A stretch of 64,000 bases of DNA from an uncultured delta proteobacterium. Its GTDB lineage: Bacteria > Myxococcota > Myxococcia > Myxococcales > Myxococcaceae. The notes below the pieces were generated by a model. That model saw only the letters and a program-made list of their open reading frames with translations, was not told where the DNA came from and searched no databases. The stretch covers positions 10,535 to 74,534 of the forward strand of contig CAVYSY010000005.1 of NCBI GenBank assembly GCA_963771175.1. Reading direction: 5' to 3'. A program made the translations under genes and the position numbers. Numbering within the stretch: the first letter of the stretch is position 1; each line of letters opens with the position of its first letter. This document shows, in pieces, positions 1 to 9,487 of this stretch.

Positions 1-2
1 TG

Positions 3-158
3 CTCGTGTACGCGTTCAGCCAGTTCGAGCACCCGCGCAAGAACCTCATCCTCGCGGGCTTCTTCGGCGGCTCGGTGCTGGCCGCCGTGTTCCTCGGCCT
101 GGGCGCCCACACGTTGGAGCAGGTGATGCTCCGGCCGCCCCCGCCGCCCGTCTTCTGA
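3..158 (+). CDS. 3' end of a membrane protein, truncated by the window edge
   Basis: Frame 3 reads LVYAFSQFEHPRKNLILAGFFGGSVLAAVFLGLGAH...PPPVF to TGA at 156-158; GC3-rich codons and a hydrophobic segment. Confidence 0.6.
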   Translation, partial: LVYAFSQFEHPRKNLILAGFFGGSVLAAVFLGLGAHTLEQVMLRPPPPPVF

Positions 159-167
159 CGCGCGCCC

Positions 168-641
168 GTGGAGACGTCCGCCCCCGCGAGCCCGCGCTGT
201 CCCGCGCACCAGCGGGTCGCCGTGGCCACCTGCGCTCGCTGCGGCACCTTCCTGTGCGGTGAGTGCACCGAGTTGCTCGGCGAGGCCGCCTATTGTGCCT
301 CGTGCGCGGCCCTCGTCGCGCCGCAGGTGGGCCCCATTCCCCTCGGTCTCCTGGCGGTGTCCGGCCTGGTGCTGCTCGGGATGCTCTCCACCGCGGCGGC
401 CTTCCTCCCCTTCTTCCCGTCCATCCTCAGCTTCCCCCGGTGGGTGCTGCTCGGGGCCTCGGGCGTGGCGGGGCTGTGGGTGCCGACACGGGTGCTTCAC
501 CGCATCGACAGCGGGCGGGGTCCTCGACGGGCGCGACTCCTCGCCCGATGCACGCGCTGGCTCGCCAGTGTGAACCTGCTCGTCTTCCTGCTCTCGCTCG
601 CGTGGATGCTGTTCCTGCTCCGCGCGGCCCGGCCAGGCTGA
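168..641 (+). CDS. Hypothetical membrane protein with N-terminal Cys-rich (B-box-like) zinc finger
   Basis: CxxH..CxxC...CxxC...CxxC followed by three hydrophobic segments. Confidence 0.65.
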   Translation: METSAPASPRCPAHQRVAVATCARCGTFLCGECTELLGEAAYCASCAALVAPQVGPIPLGLLAVSGLVLLGMLSTAAAFLPFFPSILSFPRWVLLGASGVAGLWVPTRVLHRIDSGRGPRRARLLARCTRWLASVNLLVFLLSLAWMLFLLRAARPG

Positions 642-662
642 GCCCTCGGGGCCGCGCGCCCA

Positions 663-1355
663 TCACACCCCGCGCTCGTTCGGGTCCCAGATGTACTTGT
701 GCATCTGGAGCTGGAAGCGCACCGGGAGCCGATCCTCGATGACCCACTCGGCCAGCTCCTTCGTGGTGAGCTTGCCGTAGACGGTGGAGAAGAGCATCCC
801 GTACGGCTTCTCCAGCAGCCGGTGCTCGGCGATGAGCCGCTTGGACCACTCGTAGTCCTCGCGGCTGCCGATGACGAACTTGAGCTCGTCGTTGGCATTC
901 ATCGAGGAGAAGTTCCGGTAGTCGTTCCGGTCACTCTCTCCCGAGGACGGCGTCTTCATGTCCACGATTTTATGGACGGCCGGAGGCACCAGCCGCACGT
1001 CGATGGCGCCGCTCGTCTCCAGCAGTACGATGAGCCCCGAGGCCAGCAGCTCCTCCATCAGTGGGTACACCCCGGGCTGCAACAGGGGCTCGCCGCCCGT
1101 CACCTCCACCCGCTGCGCTCCGAGCGCCTTCACCTGGGCCACCACGTCCGGAATCTTCATGCGCGAGCCGCCGTGGAAGGCGAACTCGCTGTCGCAGTAG
1201 GTGCAGCGCAGGTGGCAGCCGGTGAGCCGCACGAAGGAGCAGAGCAGCCCCGCGTGCGAGGACTCGCCCTGCACGGAGAGGTAGATCTCCTTCACCACCA
1301 CGGAGTCAGCGGTGGGAACACGACGGGGCTCGATGTGGGGGCGGGCGACGGGCAT
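663..1355 (-). CDS. queE: 7-carboxy-7-deazaguanine synthase (radical SAM)
   Basis: EIYLSVQGES, RLTGCHLRCTYCD (CxxxCxxC), VTGGEPLLQ, ETSG, C-terminal QLQMHKYIW. Confidence 0.9.
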   Translation of the reverse strand: MPVARPHIEPRRVPTADSVVVKEIYLSVQGESSHAGLLCSFVRLTGCHLRCTYCDSEFAFHGGSRMKIPDVVAQVKALGAQRVEVTGGEPLLQPGVYPLMEELLASGLIVLLETSGAIDVRLVPPAVHKIVDMKTPSSGESDRNDYRNFSSMNANDELKFVIGSREDYEWSKRLIAEHRLLEKPYGMLFSTVYGKLTTKELAEWVIEDRLPVRFQLQMHKYIWDPNERGV

Positions 1356-1503
1356 GGGGGATCCGGGGGCTGCTTCAACCCCACCCGGGTGGTGGATGCA
1401 AGCGGAGACGCCCCTCGGACTCCAACCGTCTGTTTCCTCTCGGGATTTCCAGGCGCCTGCCCTCCTCGGGAGGGAGCGGGCTCCCGAGAGGCGGCGTGGG
1501 GCC

Positions 1504-2337
1504 TCAGCCCGGGGTGTTCCGTGCCTTCACCTGGGCGAGGAAGCCGTCGATGAGCTGCCGGGCGATGCTCAGGCGCGGGGGGAGGTTCGGGAGGTTGTCG
1601 GGGGTGAACCAGCCCGCCTCGGCGATCTCCTGACCATCCACCTGGATGTCGCCACCGGCGTACTCGGCGGTGAAGCCCAGCATCAGCGAGCGGCCGAAGG
1701 GCCACGGTTGGCTGCCGAAGTAGCGGAGGTTCTTCAGCTCCACCCCCACCTCCTCCTTCACCTCGCGCACCACCGTCTCCTCGAGCGACTCGCCGACGTC
1801 GACGAAGCCGGCCAGGGTGCTGAAGAAGGCCCCGGGGAAGTTGGCGTTGCGCGCGAGCAGCATGGCATCGCCGCGGGTGATGAGCACGATGACCGCGGGG
1901 GAGATGCGCGGGTAGTAGGGCGTGCGGCAGACGGGGCAGCGGCGCGCGCGCTCGCCGGGGACGAGCACCGTGGGCTGTCCGTCGCGCCCGCAGAAGCGGT
2001 GGGTGACGTCCCACTCGGCGATGGCGAGCGCCCGGCCGGCGACGCCGAAGAGGCCCTCGTCCACGCGGGTATAGAGGTTGCGCGCGGGGATGAGCTTCAG
2101 GCCGGCGGGAGGCTCGGTGTCCTTGGGGAGGGAGACGGCGTAGCAATCCACGTCGTCGAGCGTGCCGAGGAAGATCGCCTCGGTGGCGAGCGCGGGCAGC
2201 TCCGCGCCCGTGGGGATGTGGATGGAGCCCTCGCGCTCTCCGACGAGGAGGTCCAGGCCGCGCGCGACGAAGAGCAAGGCGGTGTCGCGCGAGCGCGTGG
2301 GAGCATCATGTCCGGGGATGAATCGAGGTGAGCTCAC
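1504..2337 (-). CDS. nudC: NAD(+) diphosphatase (Nudix)
   Basis: Zinc-ribbon-like RFCGRDG...RCPVC, YPRISPAVI, Nudix box GFVDVGESLEETVVREVKEEVG, SQPWPF signature; GTG start at 2337 inferred. Confidence 0.9.
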   Translation of the reverse strand: MSSPRFIPGHDAPTRSRDTALLFVARGLDLLVGEREGSIHIPTGAELPALATEAIFLGTLDDVDCYAVSLPKDTEPPAGLKLIPARNLYTRVDEGLFGVAGRALAIAEWDVTHRFCGRDGQPTVLVPGERARRCPVCRTPYYPRISPAVIVLITRGDAMLLARNANFPGAFFSTLAGFVDVGESLEETVVREVKEEVGVELKNLRYFGSQPWPFGRSLMLGFTAEYAGGDIQVDGQEIAEAGWFTPDNLPNLPPRLSIARQLIDGFLAQVKARNTPG

Positions 2338-2406
2338 GCCCGGCACCTTAACGGGACGGGATGCGTTGGGGCAGGGGACTCGCCGCGACCGTGCTAGGAA
2401 CAGGGC

Positions 2407-2871
2407 ATGCTCCGCACCTCGCTCCTGACGGCCCTCCTCTGCGTCTCCGCCGGCTGCGCCCGGGCTCCCGTCGTTCCCGTCCGCCACGTGGTGGGCACGG
2501 CGCAAGCGCCCACCTTCCGCATCGCCCAGGGCAAGGGCACGGCCATCCTGCTCGTCAACGAGGAGACCGGGGCCCGCGCGGCGTCCATGGGCGTGTTGGA
2601 GCTCCAGGGTGGGGCCGGCGTGCCCGAGCACGTCCACGAGCACAGCGTGGAGATGCTCTACGTCGAGGAGGGCGATGCCGAGATGACCATCGAGGGACAG
2701 GTGCTGCCCGTGCGCTCGGGGGACGCCGTCTACATCCCGGCGGGGACCCGCCACGCGGCCCGGATTCCGGAGGGCACTCCGCGCTTCCGGGCCGTGCAGG
2801 TGTATGTGGGCCCTGGCCCCGAGCAACGCTTCCGCCAGGGGGTGTCCCTCGAGTCCGCCTCCTCTCCGTGA
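2407..2871 (+). CDS. Cupin-domain lipoprotein
   Basis: Signal peptide with SAGC lipobox; cupin motifs HVHEHSVEMLYVEEG and GDAVYIPAGTRH. Confidence 0.8.
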   Translation: MLRTSLLTALLCVSAGCARAPVVPVRHVVGTAQAPTFRIAQGKGTAILLVNEETGARAASMGVLELQGGAGVPEHVHEHSVEMLYVEEGDAEMTIEGQVLPVRSGDAVYIPAGTRHAARIPEGTPRFRAVQVYVGPGPEQRFRQGVSLESASSP

Positions 2872-2874
2872 GGC

Positions 2875-3288
2875 CTACTTCTCCGGCTTGTGGGGAGGCA
2901 GCTCTTCGGGCAGCGGTATCCGAACCAGTTTCAGCCCCTTCGGCCCGTGGTCGAGCACCGTGAAGCCCTTGCCGGAGATCCTGACGAGCTGACCATCCCG
3001 GGCCGTCCCACTCGCGAGCCAGGCCTCCGCTTCCTCTCTCGACGCGAACGAGTGGGCGACCTTTATCCCCTCGATGGCGGGCGTCGTGACTTTGCGAAAG
3101 AACTCGCGGAACTCCTCGAGCTTCTGGAGGTCGTCGCGGACGAAGAGCAACGCCGCCGCACAGACCCGGAGCGCCTCGTCTTCGGGTGTCCCCTCGGGGT
3201 GGTGCTTGCTCACGGTCTCCATGGTCCGAAGCACGGTGTCCACATCGAAGCTCTGGTTGTATTTCATCGACATGCCTTGGGGGAGCAA
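2875..3288 (-). CDS. Hypothetical protein, downstream partner of the Cys-rich lipoprotein
   Basis: 137-aa ORF with protein-like composition, 27 bp after the lipoprotein stop; start may be a later Met. Confidence 0.6.
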   Translation of the reverse strand: MLPQGMSMKYNQSFDVDTVLRTMETVSKHHPEGTPEDEALRVCAAALLFVRDDLQKLEEFREFFRKVTTPAIEGIKVAHSFASREEAEAWLASGTARDGQLVRISGKGFTVLDHGPKGLKLVRIPLPEELPPHKPEK

Positions 3289-3315
3289 TAGCGTGGTGTC
3301 GTGAATGACAGGCTT

Positions 3316-3795
3316 CTAGAGCGCGAGAGGCGCCAGGAGCAGCGCGCCGGCTCCGCCTGTGACAAGGATGAACGTGGTGCCCGCGACGATGACAACGGTT
3401 CCGAGTGCAATCTCTGACTTGTGGGCCCGAATCCAAGCGCGCGCCTTGTCGAGACTCGAGAACTCGAGGGGAGGACGTTTCTTCACTCGCTCCTCCTCTT
3501 CCTTCTCCTTCTCTTCAATGCATTGCATGTATTCCTTGCGGCACTTCTTGGTGCAGTATTCGTAGTACCACTCGTTGTGTTCCGTGTGTGGATAGGGTTG
3601 CCGCGAGGACTCCCAGCATTGGTTGAAACACTTGTTGAGCTCGTCATCGCAGTCGTACCCGGAGCCCCCCGTCCCGAGCGCGCTGCCCACTCCGCTCGCG
3701 TCCTCATCCACCACGTAGGTCTGGGCCTTGCCCCGTACCGGTCCCACATGGCCGCAGCCGACGCAGGCCACCGCCACGGCACCCAGCAGCGCCAT
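3316..3795 (-). CDS. Cys-rich lipoprotein with hydrophobic C-terminal tail
   Basis: MALLGAVAVACVGC lipobox, GGAG upstream, Cys cluster (CDDELNKCFNQC...YCTKKCRKEYMQC), C-terminal IALGTVVIVAGTTFILVTGGAGALLLAPLAL. Confidence 0.7.
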   Translation of the reverse strand: MALLGAVAVACVGCGHVGPVRGKAQTYVVDEDASGVGSALGTGGSGYDCDDELNKCFNQCWESSRQPYPHTEHNEWYYEYCTKKCRKEYMQCIEEKEKEEEERVKKRPPLEFSSLDKARAWIRAHKSEIALGTVVIVAGTTFILVTGGAGALLLAPLAL

Positions 3796-3912
3796 CAGCT
3801 TCAGGTCTCCTCTTTCAAGAGGCGTCAGGGTCCTCGCCGTCTCCCGAGCTCTCATCAAGGGCCCCACGGTGTGCTCCGACTGCAGGGGAGCAGGTCAATC
3901 CATGCGGAAAAA

Positions 3913-3930
3913 ACCTGAGTAATCTCAGGT
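3913..3930. promoter_or_regulatory. Perfect palindrome ACCTGAG-taat-CTCAGGT, putative operator
   Basis: Read directly; AT-rich context in a divergent intergenic region. Confidence 0.45.
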
Positions 3931-3944
3931 ATTTACGGGTGGAT

Positions 3945-3963
3945 GGGGGGGGGGGGGGGGGGG
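3945..3963. repeat. G19 homopolymer tract
   Basis: 19 consecutive G; exact length is subject to sequencing error. Confidence 0.85.
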
Positions 3964-4219
3964 CTGTACAAAGGTTCAGCGAGAACCTGCCCCGACGGAT
4001 GGCTTCCGCCACCCCTCTCCCGTCCATGCGGATCCTTATGACGGATCGGCGGAGTCGACTCTAGGAGGCCGGGTCCTCCCTCCGCAATTTCACCCGCCTG
4101 GCTCGCGGCGGGCAGTGGACAGTGGGCGAGCCCTGGCCGTGAGCGCTCTCCCCCAGCAGGCGAGAGGCTCTCGGCAACCCCGGGGCCCATCCCGGGTTAG
4201 GATGGGAGTCCCCCGGGCC

Positions 4220-6514
4220 ATGGACTCTCCGCTGATGAACGACGACTCCTCCCAGTTCCCCCGCCCCCTCGGGCGCTACGAGCTCGTCCACCTGCTCGGA
4301 CAGGGCGGCATGGGCGAGGTGTTCCTCGCCAAGATTTCCGGTGCCGCGGGCTTCGAGAAGCCCTGCATCGTCAAGACGATCCTCCCCACGCTCCTCAAGG
4401 ATCGGCAGTTCCTCGACCGCTTCCACCACGAGGCCAAGGTGCTGGTGCACCTCGTCCACTCGTCCATCGCGCAGGTGTACGACATGGGCGAGGCCGAGGG
4501 CACCTACTACATGGCCCTCGAGTACGTGGCCGGCGTGGACCTGTCCTACCTCCAGGAGCAGGCTCGCACCGAGGGCCAGTCCCTCCCCGTGCCCGTGGCG
4601 CTCTACCTCGGCCAGCGCATCGCCGAGGGGCTCGGCTACGCCCACCGCAAGACGGGCCCGGACGGCCTGCCCCTGGGCATCGTCCACCGCGACGTCTCGC
4701 CCCACAACGTGATGGTCTCCTACGAGGGCGAGGTCAAGGTCATCGACTTCGGCCTCGCCAAGAGCGCCGCACGCAGCAAGTACACCCTGCCGTCCACCGT
4801 CATGGGCAAGCTGGGTTACATGTCCCCGGAGCAGGTGCGCGCCGAGGCCGTCGACCACCGCAGCGACATCTACTCCTGCGGAGTGGTGGTGTGGGAGCTG
4901 CTCGCGGGCCGGCCCCTCGTCGCCCATGGCACCGTGGGCGAGATGATGGCCGCCATGTCCAACCCCACGGTGCCCGCGCTGCATGAGCTCCGCCCGGACG
5001 TGGACCCGGCCCTCGACGCGGTGGTGCGTCGCGCGCTGGCCCCCAACCCCGCGGACCGCTACGCCCGCGCCGATGACTTCGCCCGCGCCCTCAACGAGCA
5101 GCTCCTGCGCACCGGCTCCTCCCTCGGAGCCGAGGAGGTGGGCAACTTCGTGCGCGCCCTCTGCCCGGAGGCCTTCGCTTCTCAGCGCAAGCTCCTCTCG
5201 CGCATCTCCAGCCCGGACCTCCGCCGCACGCCCGCGCCCGACGGCACCCTCGTTCCCCTGAACACCGCCCGGTACACCCCAATCCCCCTGCACCCGCCCA
5301 GCGCAACCAACACGGGCTACGAGGCCACCCTGGTGCGCTCGGCCAGCGGTACCGCCACGCCGACGGTGTCGCCCCAGTCCGGCTCCGGGCCCGTGGCCGT
5401 GAGCCGCAAGGGGTGGACGGTGGCGATCGTCCTCGGGGCGCTCGGCCTGGTGGGAGCCTCGGCGGGGGTGACCGCGGTCATGATGACCCGTCGTCCTCCG
5501 CCTCCGCCAATCGAGCAGGGGGGTCCTCCGCCTCCTCACGAGGGTGGGCCGGGAGGACCTCCCCCGCCGCACCATCGGCCCCCACCCCGTCCGGGCATGC
5601 CGCCTCCGGGTGGGCCCGAGGGTGAGCCGCCTCCGGGTGGGCCGGAAGGGGGCCCTCCTCCGTTTGGTGAAGTCCGGCCCGTTTCCGGTGGACCGGAGGC
5701 CGGGGCACCCGAAGCGAGCATGGCTCCGGGTGCGCTCGCGACCGCACCCACGGAGCCCGAGACTGGCTCGGCGCCGACGGAGGCCGCCGCACCGCCCGCG
5801 GAGCCGAAGAAGTCGGAAGCGGAGGCGTCTGCCGCCGGGTCGAAGCTCGTCCCCGCGGGGAATGTGGTGGGGATGCGGCCTGGCCCCGGTGGGCTCTACC
5901 TCATCCCGCAGCAGGGACGGCGGGCGGGGCTCACCCAGGGGATGGTCCTCCAGGTGGTGGCGGCGCCGGTGAAGGACAAGAAGGCGAGACTGCTCGGCGA
6001 GGCGACGGTGGTGAAGGTGCTGCCAAGGCGCACGCTGGTGCAGCTCGATGCCCGCGTGCGCGAGGCCGAGCAGGCCGAGTCCCTCTTCGTGGTGCTTCCC
6101 GAGGTGGTTCGTCCCGAGCGCTCCGCCGCGAAGGTCGAGCCCCAGGCGCCCGCCTCCCCGCCCGAGCCCCCGGTGGAGACCGCCACGCCGACGCCCACCG
6201 AGCCGGTTCCCGCTCCCGCTTCCGCCCCCACCAGCGAGCCGCGGGAGTTGAGCGGGCGCGTCTCGTTCAAGAGCATCGGCCCCTTCGCCAAGCACGTCAT
6301 CCTCACCAACACGGACACCGTCCTCTGGAGCGGGTGCCTCCTCGTGATGGGGGGGCGGGACATGTACAAGCTGGGCGGCATGGCCCCCGGCGGCTCGCGG
6401 GAGATTCCGCTGAGCGACTTCAAGCCAGGTGGCCGGGAAGTGCCCTTCGTGGGGAAGAACCGGCTCGGCCTCTTCTGTGCCGAGGGCGAGCGGCTGTTCC
6501 CCGCGAAGCTGTGA
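4220..6514 (+). CDS. Membrane Ser/Thr protein kinase (Hanks type) with Pro-rich extracytoplasmic region
   Basis: LGQGGMGEV, HRDVSPHN, IDFGLAK, GKLGYMSPEQ; TM segment VAIVLGALGLVGASAGVTAVMM; GGPPPP repeats; start Met inferred. Confidence 0.92.
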   Translation: MDSPLMNDDSSQFPRPLGRYELVHLLGQGGMGEVFLAKISGAAGFEKPCIVKTILPTLLKDRQFLDRFHHEAKVLVHLVHSSIAQVYDMGEAEGTYYMALEYVAGVDLSYLQEQARTEGQSLPVPVALYLGQRIAEGLGYAHRKTGPDGLPLGIVHRDVSPHNVMVSYEGEVKVIDFGLAKSAARSKYTLPSTVMGKLGYMSPEQVRAEAVDHRSDIYSCGVVVWELLAGRPLVAHGTVGEMMAAMSNPTVPALHELRPDVDPALDAVVRRALAPNPADRYARADDFARALNEQLLRTGSSLGAEEVGNFVRALCPEAFASQRKLLSRISSPDLRRTPAPDGTLVPLNTARYTPIPLHPPSATNTGYEATLVRSASGTATPTVSPQSGSGPVAVSRKGWTVAIVLGALGLVGASAGVTAVMMTRRPPPPPIEQGGPPPPHEGGPGGPPPPHHRPPPRPGMPPPGGPEGEPPPGGPEGGPPPFGEVRPVSGGPEAGAPEASMAPGALATAPTEPETGSAPTEAAAPPAEPKKSEAEASAAGSKLVPAGNVVGMRPGPGGLYLIPQQGRRAGLTQGMVLQVVAAPVKDKKARLLGEATVVKVLPRRTLVQLDARVREAEQAESLFVVLPEVVRPERSAAKVEPQAPASPPEPPVETATPTPTEPVPAPASAPTSEPRELSGRVSFKSIGPFAKHVILTNTDTVLWSGCLLVMGGRDMYKLGGMAPGGSREIPLSDFKPGGREVPFVGKNRLGLFCAEGERLFPAKL

Positions 6515-6517
6515 GCC

Positions 6518-9379
6518 TCAGAAGCTGCCGGTGAGCTGCAGCGTGAAGGTGCGCCCGTACTGGGGCACGGGCGCGGCGGCGCGCTCCTGCCCGAGGGGCA
6601 GGGCGTAGCGGTCGTCGAGCAGGTTCTGCACGCCGGCGAAGTAGCGCACGTGCGCCAGCTCCCCGGAGACGCCCATGCCGATCAGCAGGGCCTCGCCGTT
6701 GTCCGCGCCCTCCTTCGCGAGGCCGCGGGCGCTCTGGTAGGTGGCCTGGGTGGCCAGGCGTACGTCTCCATTGCCCAGGGGCAGCATCAGTCGCCCGGAG
6801 GCGAGGTGCGCGGGCATGGAGCTGACCACGTCGTCCGAGGCGTTGCGCAGGGTGACGAAGGAGTAGCTCAGGTCCACCATCAGGTAGCGCCCTGGCTGCC
6901 AGTGCAGGCCGGCCTCGGCGCCCCAGGCGAGCGTCGTTCCGGAGCTGTTGGTGAAGACGAGGCACTGCTCGCTGCCGGCCGGGCTGCCGCACAGGGGCGT
7001 GCCGTCCTCCGTCTCCAGCACCACGAGGTTGGAGATGCGGTTGTGGTAGCCGGCCACGGTGAGGCGCAGCTCGTCCGTCAGGTCGTGCGCGTGCTCGAGC
7101 TCCAGGGTGGAGATGGTCTCCGGCTCCAGCGAGCCGGCGGCCCGCTGGGTGAGCAGGTTGTCGCTGTAGTCGAGCTCGTTGACGTTGGGGGCGCGGAAGG
7201 CGCGACCGACCACCAGCTTGGTGAGGCCCTTGTCATAGGGGCGGCCGATGAGAGACAGCCGAGGGGTGAACGGGGTGGTGTCCAGGTCGAGGTACTTGTC
7301 CACGCGCAGGCCCGCCGAGAGGCTCAGCCGCGGGTGCAGACGCCACTCGTCCAGCAGGTAGGCGGAGAGCAGCACGCGGCTCCTGTCGGGCAGGGGCGTG
7401 GTTCCCACGGGGCCGAAGCTCTCCTGCTCCACGCGCTGGCCCTGGCCTTCCAGTCCCACGGTGAGGCGGTTGTTGTCGGAGAGGTCGAGGAGGAAGCGGG
7501 CCTCGGCGCTGAGCCAGTTGGCACGGCCGGCATCGGTGTCGCGCCGCAGGTCGCCGTCGGGCAGCTCGTGCATCCAGTACCCGCGGTAGCGGCTGGCGTC
7601 ATAGGAGCCGCGCAGCGACAGGTTCAGCCGCTTGCCCAGGGCCTTCTCGTAGCGCGCCTCGACGAAGCCGCGGATGTCCGCCACCTCGGTGCCGGAGGCT
7701 CCCAGCACGGTGTCGAAGGGCCCGGTGGGAATCTGCTTCTGGCGCCCGTGGAGCTGGGCCTGGAGGGTGAGGTTACCGAAGCGGGCCCGCAGCGAGGCGG
7801 TGGCGGCGCGCTCCCCGTCCTGCCCGGACACCACTGGCAGGCCCTCGCCCAGCCGGGTCGTCTCCGCGCCCTCCATGTTCAGCCCCGCCACGGACAGCAG
7901 CACCGAGTTGCGCCCGTCGTCCCACGCGGTGGTGCCGTGCAGCCGGAGGTTGCCCAGGGCGCCCACCGCGGCCGTCGCCTCCACCCGGCGCTCCAGGCCC
8001 AGCGAGTCGCGGGGCACCACGTTGATGACGGCGAAGAAGGCACCCGTACCGTAGAGGGCGCTGCCCGGGCCTCGCACCACCTCGATGCGCTCCACCTCCT
8101 CGAGGTCCACCGACAAGTCCCGCGCCGAGTAGCCCTGGCCGGCCCACACGTCGTTGACGGAGTGGCCATCCCAGAGGATGAGGACGCGGGTGTTGAAGTC
8201 GCCCGGGGGCGCGAAGCCGCGCACGCCCAGGTAGGTGTACGTCCGGTCGTCGGAGAGGAAGATGCCGCGCACGGCGGCCAGGGCCTCGGCCAGCGTGGTG
8301 TAGCCGAAGGCGCGCAGCTCCTCCTGGGAGATGACGGTGATGGAGGCGGGGGCCTCGTCCACGGAGAGCAGGCTCTTGGACGCGGCGCGCACCGGCGGGG
8401 GCTCGTAGCGCAGCTCGGCGTGGATGCGCGTCTCCTGGTCGGCCACCACCTTCACCGTCTTGCGCTCGGGGCGCACGTCCCGGCTCTCCACCTCCAGGGT
8501 GTGCTCCCCCTCGGTGAGGGTGACGACGGTGGGGGTGAAGCCGGTGGGCCGGCCGTCCACGCGCACCGTGGCGTTCTCGCGGTTGGCGGTGACGATGAGG
8601 CGCCCGGTGGGCTTCTCCTGGGAGCGCAGGGCCACCTGGAGGGGGACGCTGCCGTCGGCGGGCACCTCCACCACGAGCTGGGCCGGGGCGTAGCCGGGGG
8701 CGCGCACGTGGAGCACGTGGGAGCCGGGGGTGAAGCGCAGCGTGCCGGGCACCCGACCCACCACGGGGCCGTCCGCGGCCTCGCGCACCTCCGCGCCCTC
8801 GGGCGTGCCGGAGAGCACCACCTCGCCGGTGATGAGCTGGAGCGAGAACTCCTGCGACACGGAGCGCCCCCGCGCCACCGAGATGGACTCCTCGGTGGGA
8901 CGGTAGCCCTCCTTGTGCACCACCACCTTGTGGCGCCCGGGCGTCAGCGCGAGCGTCAGGGGCGAGCGGCCGCGGATGCCGAGGTCCTCGCGGTCCACGA
9001 ACACCTCGGCCCCCGGGGGCTCGGTGGTGACGCGCACCAGGGCCACCTTGGGGCGCAGCCGCTCCATGGCACGGCGCACCTCGGCCTCGTCGGCCTTGGG
9101 CAGGTCCTCCTGGGCCAGGTCGTTGTAGTAGCGGTAGGCCTCGTTGTAGCGGGCGAGCGCCTCGTAGCACCGGGCGATGTTGAAGAGGACGTTCCGGTTG
9201 GGGACGAGGCGGTAGCTGGAGAAGTAGGCGCGCAGGGCCTCGACGTACTGGCCCTGGGCATAGGCCTCGTTGCCGAGCTCGAAGGCCACATCCGCTTCAT
9301 CCGCGGTGTTGCTGGCCAGGGAGGCGGCGGGCGTGAGCAGCAGGGAAAGGACGAGGCAGCCGAAACGGAGCACGCGCAT
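6518..9379 (-). CDS. TPR + PEGA x3 + TonB-dependent receptor
   Basis: Signal peptide, TPR (FELGNEAY...LFNIARCYEAL), PEGA repeats, plug motif ERIEVVRGPGSALYG, C-terminal Phe (TLQLTGSF). Confidence 0.9.
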   Translation of the reverse strand: MRVLRFGCLVLSLLLTPAASLASNTADEADVAFELGNEAYAQGQYVEALRAYFSSYRLVPNRNVLFNIARCYEALARYNEAYRYYNDLAQEDLPKADEAEVRRAMERLRPKVALVRVTTEPPGAEVFVDREDLGIRGRSPLTLALTPGRHKVVVHKEGYRPTEESISVARGRSVSQEFSLQLITGEVVLSGTPEGAEVREAADGPVVGRVPGTLRFTPGSHVLHVRAPGYAPAQLVVEVPADGSVPLQVALRSQEKPTGRLIVTANRENATVRVDGRPTGFTPTVVTLTEGEHTLEVESRDVRPERKTVKVVADQETRIHAELRYEPPPVRAASKSLLSVDEAPASITVISQEELRAFGYTTLAEALAAVRGIFLSDDRTYTYLGVRGFAPPGDFNTRVLILWDGHSVNDVWAGQGYSARDLSVDLEEVERIEVVRGPGSALYGTGAFFAVINVVPRDSLGLERRVEATAAVGALGNLRLHGTTAWDDGRNSVLLSVAGLNMEGAETTRLGEGLPVVSGQDGERAATASLRARFGNLTLQAQLHGRQKQIPTGPFDTVLGASGTEVADIRGFVEARYEKALGKRLNLSLRGSYDASRYRGYWMHELPDGDLRRDTDAGRANWLSAEARFLLDLSDNNRLTVGLEGQGQRVEQESFGPVGTTPLPDRSRVLLSAYLLDEWRLHPRLSLSAGLRVDKYLDLDTTPFTPRLSLIGRPYDKGLTKLVVGRAFRAPNVNELDYSDNLLTQRAAGSLEPETISTLELEHAHDLTDELRLTVAGYHNRISNLVVLETEDGTPLCGSPAGSEQCLVFTNSSGTTLAWGAEAGLHWQPGRYLMVDLSYSFVTLRNASDDVVSSMPAHLASGRLMLPLGNGDVRLATQATYQSARGLAKEGADNGEALLIGMGVSGELAHVRYFAGVQNLLDDRYALPLGQERAAAPVPQYGRTFTLQLTGSF

Positions 9380-9487
9380 TGCGCGCCCATTCTTCCCTCG
9401 GAAACCCCGTCAGGTCCACGGAACGGCAGTGGAAGTCATACCGCCGGAGCGGGTAGGAGGCCGGGCAATCGGTTGGGACGGCCCCGG

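Noticed and set aside
1356..1503. preQ1 riboswitch upstream of queE
   Set aside because: No preQ1-like stem with an A-rich tail; only a GC-rich hairpin (CTCGGGAG...CTCCCGAG) that better fits a nudC terminator
5490..5670. GC-rich short repeats as a DNA-level element
   Set aside because: Explained by the Pro/Gly-rich linker of the kinase
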